Shown: piece after piece, positions 36,919-46,844 of the stretch | Position numbering within the stretch: the first letter of the stretch is position 1 | Layout of the letters: each line of letters begins with the position of its first letter | IMG/VR virus record: IMGVR_UViG_3300043119_000732 | Source of the DNA: a virus | Lineage: Duplodnaviria > Heunggongvirae > Uroviricota > Caudoviricetes | DNA length: 64,000 nt | Reading direction: 5' to 3' (one strand) | The notes under the pieces: model-generated | Told to the model about the DNA's origin: nothing | Databases searched by the model: none | Seen by the model: only the letters and a program-made list of their open reading frames with translations | Made by a program: the position numbers and the translations under genes

Positions 36919-38168
36919 ACTATCAAGAACGGTTAGAAATATCTCAAAAGCTCCAAAGTTATCACTATTTCTTTAGAGCTTTTTGGGATATAGGTAACCC
37001 CATAGTAGGTAAGTTTGATGATTTACCTACTGCTGCGATTACCTTTGATGATCAAGGCAATCATCTTAACTTGATGATAAATGAAGATTTTTGGAATTCT
37101 CTAAACGAAGAAACTAAACTCTTTTTAGTTTGTCATGAGATTTTACACATTCTATTAGAGCATGGTTATAGATTCTCTGAGTATATAGGTACACAAGAAT
37201 TTAGTAATATGAATATAGCTGCCGATGTAGTTATTAACGAGACTTTAGTAAGTTCATTTAGTTTTAAGAGAATTGAACTGAATAATGATCTAAGTGAAAA
37301 AGGTTGCTGGATGGATACGGTATTCAAAAATGATAAAAATTGCTTACCTAATCAATCTACAGAATACTATTTTAATAGACTACCTAAAGATAAAGAGAAC
37401 AAATACTTTGCTATAGACTCTCATAAAGTATTAACTCCCGAACAGCAACAACAGATGAAAGATTTGATAGATGCTTCTGGTATTCTTGATAAACTAGATG
37501 AATCATTTACCAATAAACTACCATCAACTGTTGATACGCAAAAATTAAAGAACTCTGCTGCAGGTAAAGGCACAGGTTCATGGCTTACTGTAAATTCGTT
37601 AAGAAAAAAGAAGTACAAGTGGGAGACTGTTATTAAGAAATGGGAAAGTCAGTTTAATAAAGATACTATCAATACGTTAGAACGATGGGAGAGAGTAACT
37701 CCTAAATACTCTCAATTACTATCTAGTGATATATCACTACCTACTGAGAATTGGATCTTAGATGATTTTAAAGACAATCATAAGATTGATGTATGGTTCT
37801 TTTTAGATACATCTGGTTCTTGTATTGGGTTAAAAGATCGCTTCTTTACTGCTGCACGTAGTTTAAATCCTAATAGGTTTAATGTTCGTTTATTTTGCTT
37901 TGATACCTCTGTTGTAGAGATTGATATCAAACAGAATAAAGTGTACGGCGGTGGAGGTACTTCTTTTAGTATTATAGAATCTAAGATACAAAATACTATT
38001 AAATCTGAAAAGATTAAATACCCTAAAGCTGTATTTTTAATCACTGATGGTTATGGTGATACAGTTAAACCAGAGAAGCCAGAACGTTGGTACTGGTTTT
38101 TATCTGATAATTATAGACATTATATACCAAAAGAGTCTAAAATATTTAAGTTATCTGACTACGAATAA
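36915..38168 (+). CDS. putative metallopeptidase (HExxH) plus VWA (MIDAS) domain protein, MoxR-partner type
   Basis: LVCHEILHILLEH is an HExxH…E motif. The C-terminal FFLDTSGSC is a DxSGS MIDAS motif. Overlaps the upstream ATPase by 4 nt. Confidence 0.6.
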   Translation: MNYQERLEISQKLQSYHYFFRAFWDIGNPIVGKFDDLPTAAITFDDQGNHLNLMINEDFWNSLNEETKLFLVCHEILHILLEHGYRFSEYIGTQEFSNMNIAADVVINETLVSSFSFKRIELNNDLSEKGCWMDTVFKNDKNCLPNQSTEYYFNRLPKDKENKYFAIDSHKVLTPEQQQQMKDLIDASGILDKLDESFTNKLPSTVDTQKLKNSAAGKGTGSWLTVNSLRKKKYKWETVIKKWESQFNKDTINTLERWERVTPKYSQLLSSDISLPTENWILDDFKDNHKIDVWFFLDTSGSCIGLKDRFFTAARSLNPNRFNVRLFCFDTSVVEIDIKQNKVYGGGGTSFSIIESKIQNTIKSEKIKYPKAVFLITDGYGDTVKPEKPERWYWFLSDNYRHYIPKESKIFKLSDYE

Positions 38169-38170
38169 TT

Positions 38171-38380
38171 ATGAATCAAAAACAACAAAGTAAAGAATTA
38201 ACATCGCTTAAAGAGAATTATAGAGCTCATCTGAATTCTCTTATAGAAATTGAAGATAAAGCATGTAAACTACTCAATATTGATCCTAATAACAGTAATG
38301 AATATGATAGTGATTGGGTATTAGATTATCTTAATGGTCATTGCTCACAATCCGTTCTTAGAAAGAAAATTAAACAATGA
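38171..38380 (+). CDS. hypothetical small protein
   Basis: 69 aa ORF. Confidence 0.35.
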   Translation: MNQKQQSKELTSLKENYRAHLNSLIEIEDKACKLLNIDPNNSNEYDSDWVLDYLNGHCSQSVLRKKIKQ

Positions 38381-38616
38381 ATATTGAATTTCTAACACAC
38401 GCACCACCTATTCCAGATTGGTTCGAACGACTTGTATGGTATGAAAATGTTGTGGAAGATATGCCTGGTAAGCCAGGTTGGAAACATCAAGTTACAAAGA
38501 AGATGTTCGAGCCACAGATGGACTATTTAGTCCGCTGGAGATTTGCATATTCTAAAGCTATGCAAGATGAATACAGTAAACGTATTAACGAAAATTTCTT
38601 CAACAAAAGCACTTGA
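38377..38616 (+). CDS. hypothetical protein
   Basis: 79 aa ORF. Confidence 0.4.
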   Translation: MNIEFLTHAPPIPDWFERLVWYENVVEDMPGKPGWKHQVTKKMFEPQMDYLVRWRFAYSKAMQDEYSKRINENFFNKST

Positions 38617-38682
38617 TTAATAAGGAACATATATAAAATAAAACTGAAGTATCGACAGCAAACAAAAAATATACTTAGAATT

Positions 38683-40212
38683 ATGGCAACTAAAAAAACA
38701 ATCAAAAAGACAGCTCCTAAGCAAAACGCACTTATCAGTGCTTTAACTACAGGAGATATCAAGACGCATAATGGTGCGGTAAGTCATTCGACTACTGGTA
38801 CTTCTTTGCTCGATTTTTTTGGTAAAGGTGGTTCAATGCGTTCACAACCAGATGATGCATCTATTACACTTTTCCGCTCCGCTTATAATGAGGATAAGAC
38901 TATCGCTCTTAAGATTCTCTTCTATCTAGTAGATGTACGTGAAGGTCAAGGTGAGCGTAAGCTCTTCCGTAACTGCTTTAAGTGGCTTGCGCAAAACGAT
39001 GAGAAAGTAGCTAAGAACCTCTTGATCCAGATCCCTGAGTTTACTCGTTGGGACAACGTACTTGAGACGCTTGAAGGTACATCTCTTGAAAAAATCGCAC
39101 TTAAATTTGTTGCTGATAAACTTATTGAAGATGCATCTGAAAAGAATCCTTCACTATGTGCTAAATGGGCACCAAGTGAACAGGCTTCATCTTCTGTAAC
39201 CAAACGTCTTGCAAAGAAAGTACGTACTACTTTAGATTACTCTCCAAAGCAATATCGTAAGCTTCTATCAGCTCTTCGTAAAAAGATCGATGTAGTGGAA
39301 CGCAAAATGTGTGTAGGTGAATGGGACAAGATCAATTATCCTGCGGTACCTTCAAAGGCTGCAAGCACTTACCGTAAAGCATTCAAAGAACATGACGGTG
39401 ACCGTTACTCAAAGTTTTTAACTAATGTCGAGAAAGGTGAAGAAAAGATTAACGCTTCAGTATTGTACCCATATGATATTGTACGTTCAGTTCGTAATAT
39501 ACGGTCCGTAGATCGTACTCTAGAGGCCCAATGGAAGGCCTTACCAGATTATCTTGCCGGTAATAAGCATAATGGTATTGTTGTAGCTGACGTTTCAGCT
39601 TCAATGGACTCTTGTAACTATTATAATGCTAATATTGGTAATAACATAGCACCTATTGATGTTGCTGTATCAATTGCAATTTATTTTGCTGAACGAAACG
39701 AAGGTGCATTCAAAGATCATTTTATGATCTTCTCCCATAATGCTAAACTTTTAAAGATTACAGGTACAAGTCTAATACAAAATGTAACTGATGTTCTTGG
39801 TAGACGTGAGGTTGCTAATACTAATCTACAATCTGTATTTGATCTTATACTTGATAAAGGCGTAAGTAATAAAGTGCCGCAATCTGAAATGCCATCCCAT
39901 GTATATATTATCTCAGATATGCAATTTGATTGTGCTACCGGGCCAGACTCTCTTAATAGCGGTGAAGTAACTAATCATGCTGCTATTAAGGCAAAGTACG
40001 CTGCAGCTGGTTACAACGTGCCTCAAATTGTATATTGGAATGTTAACTCTTATAGTGATGTACCGGTTAAATATGACGATAAAGGTACTTGCTTAGTATC
40101 AGGCTGTTCACCTTCAATCTTGAAGAGTGTTTTGTCTAACAAATCAACAACACCTTATAACATGATGATCGATACAGTTTGTAGTGACCGTTATGAAGTA
40201 ATCAAAGCTTAA
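38683..40212 (+). CDS. TROVE-domain / VWA protein, Ro60 (Rsr)-like
   Basis: 509 aa. The N-terminal LLDFFGKGGSMRS resembles the Ro60 FG-x-GG-T/S motif. Central VVADVSASMDS is a DxSxS MIDAS motif. The architecture matches Ro60 (about 530 aa torus plus vWA). Confidence 0.5.
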   Translation: MATKKTIKKTAPKQNALISALTTGDIKTHNGAVSHSTTGTSLLDFFGKGGSMRSQPDDASITLFRSAYNEDKTIALKILFYLVDVREGQGERKLFRNCFKWLAQNDEKVAKNLLIQIPEFTRWDNVLETLEGTSLEKIALKFVADKLIEDASEKNPSLCAKWAPSEQASSSVTKRLAKKVRTTLDYSPKQYRKLLSALRKKIDVVERKMCVGEWDKINYPAVPSKAASTYRKAFKEHDGDRYSKFLTNVEKGEEKINASVLYPYDIVRSVRNIRSVDRTLEAQWKALPDYLAGNKHNGIVVADVSASMDSCNYYNANIGNNIAPIDVAVSIAIYFAERNEGAFKDHFMIFSHNAKLLKITGTSLIQNVTDVLGRREVANTNLQSVFDLILDKGVSNKVPQSEMPSHVYIISDMQFDCATGPDSLNSGEVTNHAAIKAKYAAAGYNVPQIVYWNVNSYSDVPVKYDDKGTCLVSGCSPSILKSVLSNKSTTPYNMMIDTVCSDRYEVIKA

Positions 40213-40220
40213 TTAGATTT

Positions 40221-40256
40221 GAGGAGAGCTATACTATAGCTCTCCTCTTTTATTTT
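40221..40256 (+). terminator. rho-independent terminator
   Basis: gaggagagctatactatagctctcctc followed by ttttatttt. Confidence 0.75.
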
Positions 40257-40481
40257 ATGAAAATCGCCAGAGTTACAGATGAAGAATTGATAGAGTTACA
40301 AGAAGATATTGTCTTTAACCCTGATAGATATACAGGTCGTATTGGTAGACTCCTTCAGAAGACAATATACGGTTATCAAGTATTGGTAGATCATGCTGCT
40401 GATAAATCAAAAGACTATCTCGAATACAGATCAGATATTAAGGAATTCTTAGATTCAAATAAAAATGTGTTTAACAGTTAA
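40257..40481 (+). CDS. hypothetical protein
   Basis: 74 aa ORF. Confidence 0.35.
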   Translation: MKIARVTDEELIELQEDIVFNPDRYTGRIGRLLQKTIYGYQVLVDHAADKSKDYLEYRSDIKEFLDSNKNVFNS

Positions 40482-40647
40482 AGAACAACTTATAGAATAC
40501 TGCTACAAGTTTAAAAAAGACTATATCTATGATGTAGGTTCGCGTGAGTTTGATTGTTTAATTTCTCTTATTGATGATAACGAGGTGACTTCGTTTGAAG
40601 ATTTAGCTAAGTATGGGATGGATTATGGTATGCACTATGAAAAGTAA
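40465..40647 (+). CDS. hypothetical protein
   Basis: 60 aa ORF. Confidence 0.3.
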   Translation: MCLTVKEQLIEYCYKFKKDYIYDVGSREFDCLISLIDDNEVTSFEDLAKYGMDYGMHYEK

Positions 40648-40969
40648 AATAATTGAACAGTATACTGATAAAGAGCTTGATGAAAGCTTTTGTAGAGATG
40701 TAGCTAATATACCTTACGAGTATACTGAGCAGGTAGATATAGACTCTCGATGTATATATGAATTTCCTCCACCTAGCTTTTGCCATAACTATATCAGTGG
40801 TGAATTATGGAAGCAGTTAAATGTCTGTGAAAGATATGAGTTTTTCAAGCAAGGGAAGTTGTATACAATAAGACTGTACGAAAATAGTAATGTTTATGAA
40901 TATCAACATGAAACTGTAGGTAGAGCTGTTGTAATTGCATTACTTAAAAAAGAATATAAAATCGCATGA
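40637..40969 (+). CDS. hypothetical protein (start moved to internal ATG to limit overlap)
   Basis: ORF 40613..40969; the MKSKIIEQ… start at 40637 is preferred. Confidence 0.35.
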   Translation: MKSKIIEQYTDKELDESFCRDVANIPYEYTEQVDIDSRCIYEFPPPSFCHNYISGELWKQLNVCERYEFFKQGKLYTIRLYENSNVYEYQHETVGRAVVIALLKKEYKIA

Positions 40970-42000
40970 AAGAAGCACTTTATTATAATCAAGTAACACT
41001 TATACCTAATAAGTGTGTAGTTAACTCACGCTCTCAATGTGATACTACGATTAATTTTTGTGGTTACATATTTAACTTACCAGTAGTACCTGCAAACATG
41101 GCATCGGTTATCGACATAAATAATGCTAAATGGTTAGCGTTTAATAAGCATTTCTATATCTATCATCGCTTTGGAGATACTCGTGATTTTATTAGTCGTT
41201 CTAATTTTGAGCGTTGGCCTCTCGTAAGTATTTCTATTGGTGTACAACCTAGTGATACTATGCTAATTGATTGGCTTGAGATTACTAAATATAAAGTAGA
41301 CTTTATTACAATTGATATTGCTCACGGTTTTGCAGAGTCTGTTGCAGTGATGGTTAGGTATATCAAAAATAAGTTACCCAATACTAAAGTAATCGCTGGT
41401 AATATATGGGGTGATAAACAGTCTATAGAATTTCTACAAAACGCAGGAGCAGATGCAATTAAAGTAGGTTTAAGTTGCGGTGCAGGATGCTCTACATTTA
41501 ATGAGACTGGATTTGGTTCACCAATGTTTAGTGCTGCTTTTGAAGCTGGTGTTAACGCAAAGGTACCAGTAATTCTTGATGGAGGTATTAGACATAATGG
41601 AGATATTGCAAAAGCTATTGTTGCATTCTTATCCAATCAGTTTCAAGCTGTTTATGGAAATCCTTTTAAATGCGGTAATAAACAATGGAGAGAACCACTT
41701 AACGTTCCGATGATTATGGCTGGTAGTATCTTTGCTGCTTGTATTGATGCTCCTGGTGATGATATTATTATTAATGGAAGAGTATGGAAAAATTACTACG
41801 GATCAGCTTCTGCTGAATCCAAAAAGAAGACCGGTCAAGAAGTAAAACACGTTGAAGGTAAGAGCATTGTTCTTGAGGGTAATAGTTTAACTTATGCAGA
41901 AAAATATGATCAAATTAAAGATGCTGTTCAAAGTCAAATTTCATATGCAGGTGGTAATGATTTAACTGCTTTAAAAGATGTTCAATGGAGAAAGATATGA
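40966..42000 (+). CDS. IMP dehydrogenase / GMP reductase family protein (TIM barrel, no obvious CBS pair)
   Basis: KVGLSCGAGCSTFNETGFGSPMFSAA…ILDGGIRHNGDIAKAI matches the IMPDH/GuaC catalytic-loop and phosphate-binding motifs. Confidence 0.6.
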   Translation: MKEALYYNQVTLIPNKCVVNSRSQCDTTINFCGYIFNLPVVPANMASVIDINNAKWLAFNKHFYIYHRFGDTRDFISRSNFERWPLVSISIGVQPSDTMLIDWLEITKYKVDFITIDIAHGFAESVAVMVRYIKNKLPNTKVIAGNIWGDKQSIEFLQNAGADAIKVGLSCGAGCSTFNETGFGSPMFSAAFEAGVNAKVPVILDGGIRHNGDIAKAIVAFLSNQFQAVYGNPFKCGNKQWREPLNVPMIMAGSIFAACIDAPGDDIIINGRVWKNYYGSASAESKKKTGQEVKHVEGKSIVLEGNSLTYAEKYDQIKDAVQSQISYAGGNDLTALKDVQWRKI

Positions 42001-42392
42001 GTAATAGAGAAATTAAGTTTAGAGTATGGGATGTACCTGCACATCAATACACTGATAATTACCATATTACAATAGATCTAAATGGGTCTGTGTATAACCT
42101 ACAAAACGGGGCAGGTGGTAAAGACTATATTCTACAACAATATACTGGATTTAAGGATAAGAACGATATAGAGATATATGAAGGTGATATAGTAAAATTT
42201 ACTGAAAAGCTTCATGAACATGGAGATATACAAACATTAGTTGCAGAAGTTATTTATGATAGCAAAAATGCAGCATTTGGTGTAGGTAAAAATAATGTAG
42301 TGTGGAATTGGTTTACTGATTACGGTATTTCGAATATCGAAGTTATAGGTAATAAATTCGAAACACCTGAAAGAATGTTGATTTCAAAATAA
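41985..42392 (+). CDS. YopX-family phage protein
   Basis: The N-terminal REIKFRVWD is typical of YopX-domain proteins. Confidence 0.55.
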   Translation: MEKDMSNREIKFRVWDVPAHQYTDNYHITIDLNGSVYNLQNGAGGKDYILQQYTGFKDKNDIEIYEGDIVKFTEKLHEHGDIQTLVAEVIYDSKNAAFGVGKNNVVWNWFTDYGISNIEVIGNKFETPERMLISK

Positions 42393-42411
42393 ACTAATTT
42401 AAAATTTTAAT

Positions 42412-42867
42412 ATGGCAATAAACATCGACGATATTCAAGAAGTACTAATTCAAAACGGAATTGAACCAGAAAAGCGCTCTGCTATCATTAAAGATATCAA
42501 AGAGGCTGCTGATGCAGAAAAAGAAGATAAAGAGAAGGCACCTAGACAGAAGTCTAAGTTTACTGTATTAATTCGTGGTGATGCTGAAGTAGCGAAAGTT
42601 ATTCAACAAGCCTGGATTGTACAGACACCAGAAGAGCAAGATGACTCTACTTTAGTAGATAGACTCAAGATTGCTACAGCAAAACACAATAATAACCTTA
42701 AGAAAAAGAAGTGGGCTGTTGAGCTTTGGAGAGATGTATTTGCTTATATTAAGTCAAAGACTACTAAAGAGCAAGAAGTAAACGTAAAAATTAAAACAAA
42801 AGAACCTGTACGGGTAATTGTACTTGAAACCGAAAAGGTAATTGAAAATGACCAAAAGACCAACTAA
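42412..42867 (+). CDS. hypothetical protein
   Basis: 151 aa, K/E-rich. Confidence 0.4.
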   Translation: MAINIDDIQEVLIQNGIEPEKRSAIIKDIKEAADAEKEDKEKAPRQKSKFTVLIRGDAEVAKVIQQAWIVQTPEEQDDSTLVDRLKIATAKHNNNLKKKKWAVELWRDVFAYIKSKTTKEQEVNVKIKTKEPVRVIVLETEKVIENDQKTN

Positions 42868-43324
42868 GCTTGATAAAGAGATTTTAGAGCCTGCAATGAA
42901 AGAGCTCTATACAAAGCATCTAGCAAAACTCGATGACTTTGGAGAAGAAGATGAAGCTATTGACTCACTAATTAAATCTTACCATCAAGATGCATATGAT
43001 TTTGCCAAGGCATTAGATTACGATGGTTGGATTGTAGATTTTCCATTATGCGAGGCACTTGACAATGGTTGGTCTATTTTAGACAAACATTATAAACAAG
43101 CGCTCGAACAATGGTTTATTAATAACCCTATACAACCATATACTGTTGGTACAAAGGTAGTCGTTACCAGACCGTATAGTAGTGTTAAGGGTAAAAAATG
43201 CATCATTACTTCGTTTAAAGAAAATACTGGTGAATATACAGTACGTGAAGAAGAAAAATACAAACAAGGTGATTCTGGTGGTTATGTATTAAATCACGAA
43301 GACCTACAAATAGTTAATGGCTAA
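42842..43324 (+). CDS. hypothetical protein
   Basis: 160 aa ORF. Confidence 0.4.
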   Translation: MKMTKRPTKLDKEILEPAMKELYTKHLAKLDDFGEEDEAIDSLIKSYHQDAYDFAKALDYDGWIVDFPLCEALDNGWSILDKHYKQALEQWFINNPIQPYTVGTKVVVTRPYSSVKGKKCIITSFKENTGEYTVREEEKYKQGDSGGYVLNHEDLQIVNG

Positions 43325-43473
43325 ACAAAAGAAAAGCTATTACAAATCTAAAAAAGAAAAGGATTATGAGGCTGCTCAATCAAAGGCAGCCTCAGTACCT
43401 TCTTTATCTGCAGTACCTGAAAAACGCAGACATATTATACGTAAACATGCAGATGGTACAAATATAAACATAT

Positions 43474-43857
43474 ATGAGTCGTATATCGATACCTAAAATT
43501 CGCATTCGTAAAATCGTACATAATAGTCACTGTGAATATCTCGGTGAGTTTGATTGCACTGATATCTTATATTTCTTTAAGAGGTATACCGGTATATGGT
43601 TTAAAGAGCATACCGATGTAGAAGGTACTATTACAGATGATGTGATTGGTAAATATATAGATAGTTCAGATGAATTTAATATTCTTGAAGAAGATTATTT
43701 TATAATCGGTTATCCTGTTACACATATGTATGAGGGTAAGTTAACAGATTCGTCTAGTATGTTTATCCAGCATCCAGACGAATATGGTTTTGAAACAATA
43801 AAGGACAGTAAAGGAACAGAATTAACATACAACTATGCAAACAAAAGTAAGATTTAA
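43474..43857 (+). CDS. hypothetical protein
   Basis: 127 aa ORF. Confidence 0.4.
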   Translation: MSRISIPKIRIRKIVHNSHCEYLGEFDCTDILYFFKRYTGIWFKEHTDVEGTITDDVIGKYIDSSDEFNILEEDYFIIGYPVTHMYEGKLTDSSSMFIQHPDEYGFETIKDSKGTELTYNYANKSKI

Positions 43858-44248
43858 ACAGAACGCTATTCATATACCACATAAGAACTTATTCTTAGTT
43901 TCTTATCATCGGCATGACTTTATAACATATACACACGATGATGGTAGATATATATTTATAGATGGTGGTAGTGATTATATCCGTGTTGGTGGTAACTTGG
44001 AACTATATAAAGAAGGTATAGTTATGAACTGGTGTACTGATAGTGATTTTAACAATCTAGATGAAATACGTACTATGGCACTTTGGGGTACTCGTGGTAA
44101 AGATGGTAAACAACCTCTAGCTTGGAAACCTATCTTTACGTTTAAAAGAGCACATCTACGTGCAATAAAGAAGAATTGCGCACATTATATGCACCCTATT
44201 TTATTAGATGTGGTTAAATATTGGCTGAAAATGAAGTATAGCGAATGA
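43835..44248 (+). CDS. hypothetical protein
   Basis: 137 aa ORF. Confidence 0.4.
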   Translation: MQTKVRFKQNAIHIPHKNLFLVSYHRHDFITYTHDDGRYIFIDGGSDYIRVGGNLELYKEGIVMNWCTDSDFNNLDEIRTMALWGTRGKDGKQPLAWKPIFTFKRAHLRAIKKNCAHYMHPILLDVVKYWLKMKYSE

Positions 44249-44781
44249 ACATCTTTTGTATACACGAAGAGGCTGCTAAGTCAGCATACGAATTACCAGA
44301 TCAGTATATCAAATCAAAAATGATTATTGAATCTGCTATAATGTTACAGCATTGTTTTTCTAATGAAACGCTTGCATCCTCTTCATGCCCAAGAACTCTT
44401 GCAGGTAGTGTAAGAAAAAGTGGAGGAGGATATTATAACCATCCATGTTCTAAATGGGTTAGAGAGTCGGTAACAAATTATGTATGGCTTTGCTTACATG
44501 CAAAAGCTATGTGTGATGAGAGGCGTAATAGATTTCCCAATAGTAAAAAGCACTTTACAGAAGATTTTATAGATTGGTGCTTATGTAATAATACATCAAC
44601 AAAATTATCTGACAAAGGGTTGACTCCTTTCGCTGAAGCATTTACTAAAAATTCTAAATGCACATCATTACCTACCTTTAAAGATTCTAATACTCAGCAA
44701 AGATATCGCCTATACATTAAACACGATAAAGAATTTGCTACCTGGACAAATACTACAACGCCTGAATGGTACTTGAACTAA
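44245..44781 (+). CDS. hypothetical protein (weak resemblance to pyrimidine-dimer DNA glycosylase N-terminus)
   Basis: 178 aa. The ELPDQ… segment is loosely like T4 endonuclease V ELADQHL. Low confidence. Confidence 0.3.
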   Translation: MNIFCIHEEAAKSAYELPDQYIKSKMIIESAIMLQHCFSNETLASSSCPRTLAGSVRKSGGGYYNHPCSKWVRESVTNYVWLCLHAKAMCDERRNRFPNSKKHFTEDFIDWCLCNNTSTKLSDKGLTPFAEAFTKNSKCTSLPTFKDSNTQQRYRLYIKHDKEFATWTNTTTPEWYLN

Positions 44782-44815
44782 AAAGTACTCAACGGAACTT
44801 AATTAACATATACAC

Positions 44816-45871
44816 ATGATCTTCAACGAACAACCTGAAGTTTTTACAGACTTCCCTACTCTGTTACCTATCGATGCCGCTAAAATTGACAGTCATGAGT
44901 TTCCTGCTTTATTCTTAATTTCTAGTTTAACAAATAAGTTTGCAAGTTCTTATAAGCCAGATACAAAGTATAAGGTTAAACTATTAGATTATCTTTGTGA
45001 GCGAGCTAAGCTTATTAGATATCGTGTATATGAACAAGATGGAAGAGATAACTCATACTACTTTCACTATAAAAACTATATCATCTACGTAGGTGCAAAT
45101 GATGAAATTACTATAAACTTATTTTTCGCAACAGATGTTATACCAGATATAACCGAATTTGATAAGTTTAAGATTACTGATAACTCATCTAGAGTTTCGA
45201 TTCTAATTAAAGGTGCGTATGGACTCGAAGCACGCTCTATCAAAGTTGATCCGATTAAAGTAGAAGATATTAATATCAACTATGGTCCTAACTTTAATAA
45301 GATTCATGAGAATGTAGTCTCAAAGCTTAATAAGCCGCAGTCTTCTATTATGTTCTTCCATGGACCTCCAGGATGCGGTAAAAGCTCATATATCAAGTAT
45401 CTGACCAATGCTGTTGATAAAGAGTTTATTTTTATTCCAGTAGCATTTGCAGGTGAATTGAGCTCTCCAGACTTTATGTCTCTTCTACTCGAACATAAAG
45501 ATTCGGTACTTATTCTTGAAGATTCAGAGAAGGTTGTGCAGAGTCGTGAACAAGATGATCATAATGTAAGCACTGTATCTACTTTGCTTAATATCTCTGA
45601 TGGTATTCTTGGATCGATGCTCAATATTAAAATTGTTGCTACGTATAACGGTGATAAAGATAAGGTTGATAAAGCACTTCTTCGCCCAGGACGTCTTGCA
45701 ATCGACCATACTTTTGGTAAACTCGATGCTGCTACTGCAACTAAACTTGCAAAGTCGCTTGGTAGAGATGTAGTCTTTGATAAAGAAATGACTCTTGCTG
45801 AAGTGTATAATCTCGGTGATGATACTGGATACAAAGAGAAGCAAGTTCGTAAGATTGGATTCGGTGTTTAA
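44816..45871 (+). CDS. AAA ATPase (classic AAA clade)
   Basis: Walker A FHGPPGCGKSS. Walker B ILEDSE. Second region of homology ALLRPGRL. Confidence 0.7.
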   Translation: MIFNEQPEVFTDFPTLLPIDAAKIDSHEFPALFLISSLTNKFASSYKPDTKYKVKLLDYLCERAKLIRYRVYEQDGRDNSYYFHYKNYIIYVGANDEITINLFFATDVIPDITEFDKFKITDNSSRVSILIKGAYGLEARSIKVDPIKVEDININYGPNFNKIHENVVSKLNKPQSSIMFFHGPPGCGKSSYIKYLTNAVDKEFIFIPVAFAGELSSPDFMSLLLEHKDSVLILEDSEKVVQSREQDDHNVSTVSTLLNISDGILGSMLNIKIVATYNGDKDKVDKALLRPGRLAIDHTFGKLDAATATKLAKSLGRDVVFDKEMTLAEVYNLGDDTGYKEKQVRKIGFGV

Positions 45872-45885
45872 TTTTATATAAACAT

Positions 45886-46248
45886 ATGAGCGAATTTTAC
45901 TACAAAGACGAAAAAGGTAAATATCATAAAAGGCATGAAACACCTCGGTTTCTATCTGATGGTGTTTGGGTTGTTCAAACTAAACCTGGAGTGCACTCTC
46001 AGCAATGTATAATGAAGATAGGTGAGTTGTCTTCGGTGTTTCCTTTTGCTGATCTTGCACAACATAGTGATAGGTTAGCTGAATTTATTAGACTATGGAA
46101 TATCTCGATCAATAGGTATAACCCATATGGTGTGCATTCTTTAGCTATTCTTAAATTTATTAGCATGACTGAAGAGGAAAAGAAGAGTTGGTTAAAACAG
46201 TTAAGAGAAGAAACTAAAGACGAAATTTCAAAATATGATGGCTGCTGA
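45886..46248 (+). CDS. hypothetical protein
   Basis: 120 aa ORF. Confidence 0.4.
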   Translation: MSEFYYKDEKGKYHKRHETPRFLSDGVWVVQTKPGVHSQQCIMKIGELSSVFPFADLAQHSDRLAEFIRLWNISINRYNPYGVHSLAILKFISMTEEEKKSWLKQLREETKDEISKYDGC

Positions 46249-46447
46249 ATCATTTATTAGAATAAGTACAACTAAAGTAAACAAAAGATGTAAAGAGATA
46301 TTACAATCTAAACCTAAATTCTATCATTCTAATACACATAAGTTGGCTAAAACATTAACCCTTATGTGTATTCTTACCGAAGAGTCTGGTGATGATACTA
46401 TTTACATGACTATTTCGGATGTACGGATTATATTTGAAATCAAATAA
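46235..46447 (+). CDS. hypothetical protein
   Basis: 70 aa ORF. Confidence 0.3.
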   Translation: MMAAESFIRISTTKVNKRCKEILQSKPKFYHSNTHKLAKTLTLMCILTEESGDDTIYMTISDVRIIFEIK

Positions 46448-46468
46448 GGAACAAATTTAAATTTTTTT

Positions 46469-46669
46469 ATGAAATCTATATACTTTATATTTTGTGTATT
46501 GACAGGTATTATTGGATATAATGTCAATGTGCATCTAAACTCATCATTTCCATTATTTTGGGCGTGTATGGACTTTCTCCTCAGTCCAATTGCTTGGGCT
46601 AAGTGGCTTATTTGTCAAGATGTGAATATTACTATAATCAAAGAGTCGTTTAGCTTCTTTTTTGTATAA
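46469..46669 (+). CDS. small membrane protein
   Basis: 66 aa with two hydrophobic segments. Confidence 0.35.
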   Translation: MKSIYFIFCVLTGIIGYNVNVHLNSSFPLFWACMDFLLSPIAWAKWLICQDVNITIIKESFSFFFV

Positions 46670-46844
46670 TGAATACACCTCTACATGCTTCTATTAATGT
46701 CGGTGAAACGGTACCACATAGATATTTTGCACCTCCATCCACACCAGATCGACCTATTACTAAAGTAAAAGCTTACTTTAATGGTAAAAATTATCTATTT
46801 GATCGATCTACGCATGGTGAGCCCTGGACATTATTAAAGGTAGT

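Noticed and set aside
44245-44781. Pyrimidine-dimer DNA glycosylase (T4 DenV-like) assignment
   Set aside because: Only a short ELPDQ… stretch resembles DenV. The rest of the protein, with many Cys and a longer length, does not align convincingly.
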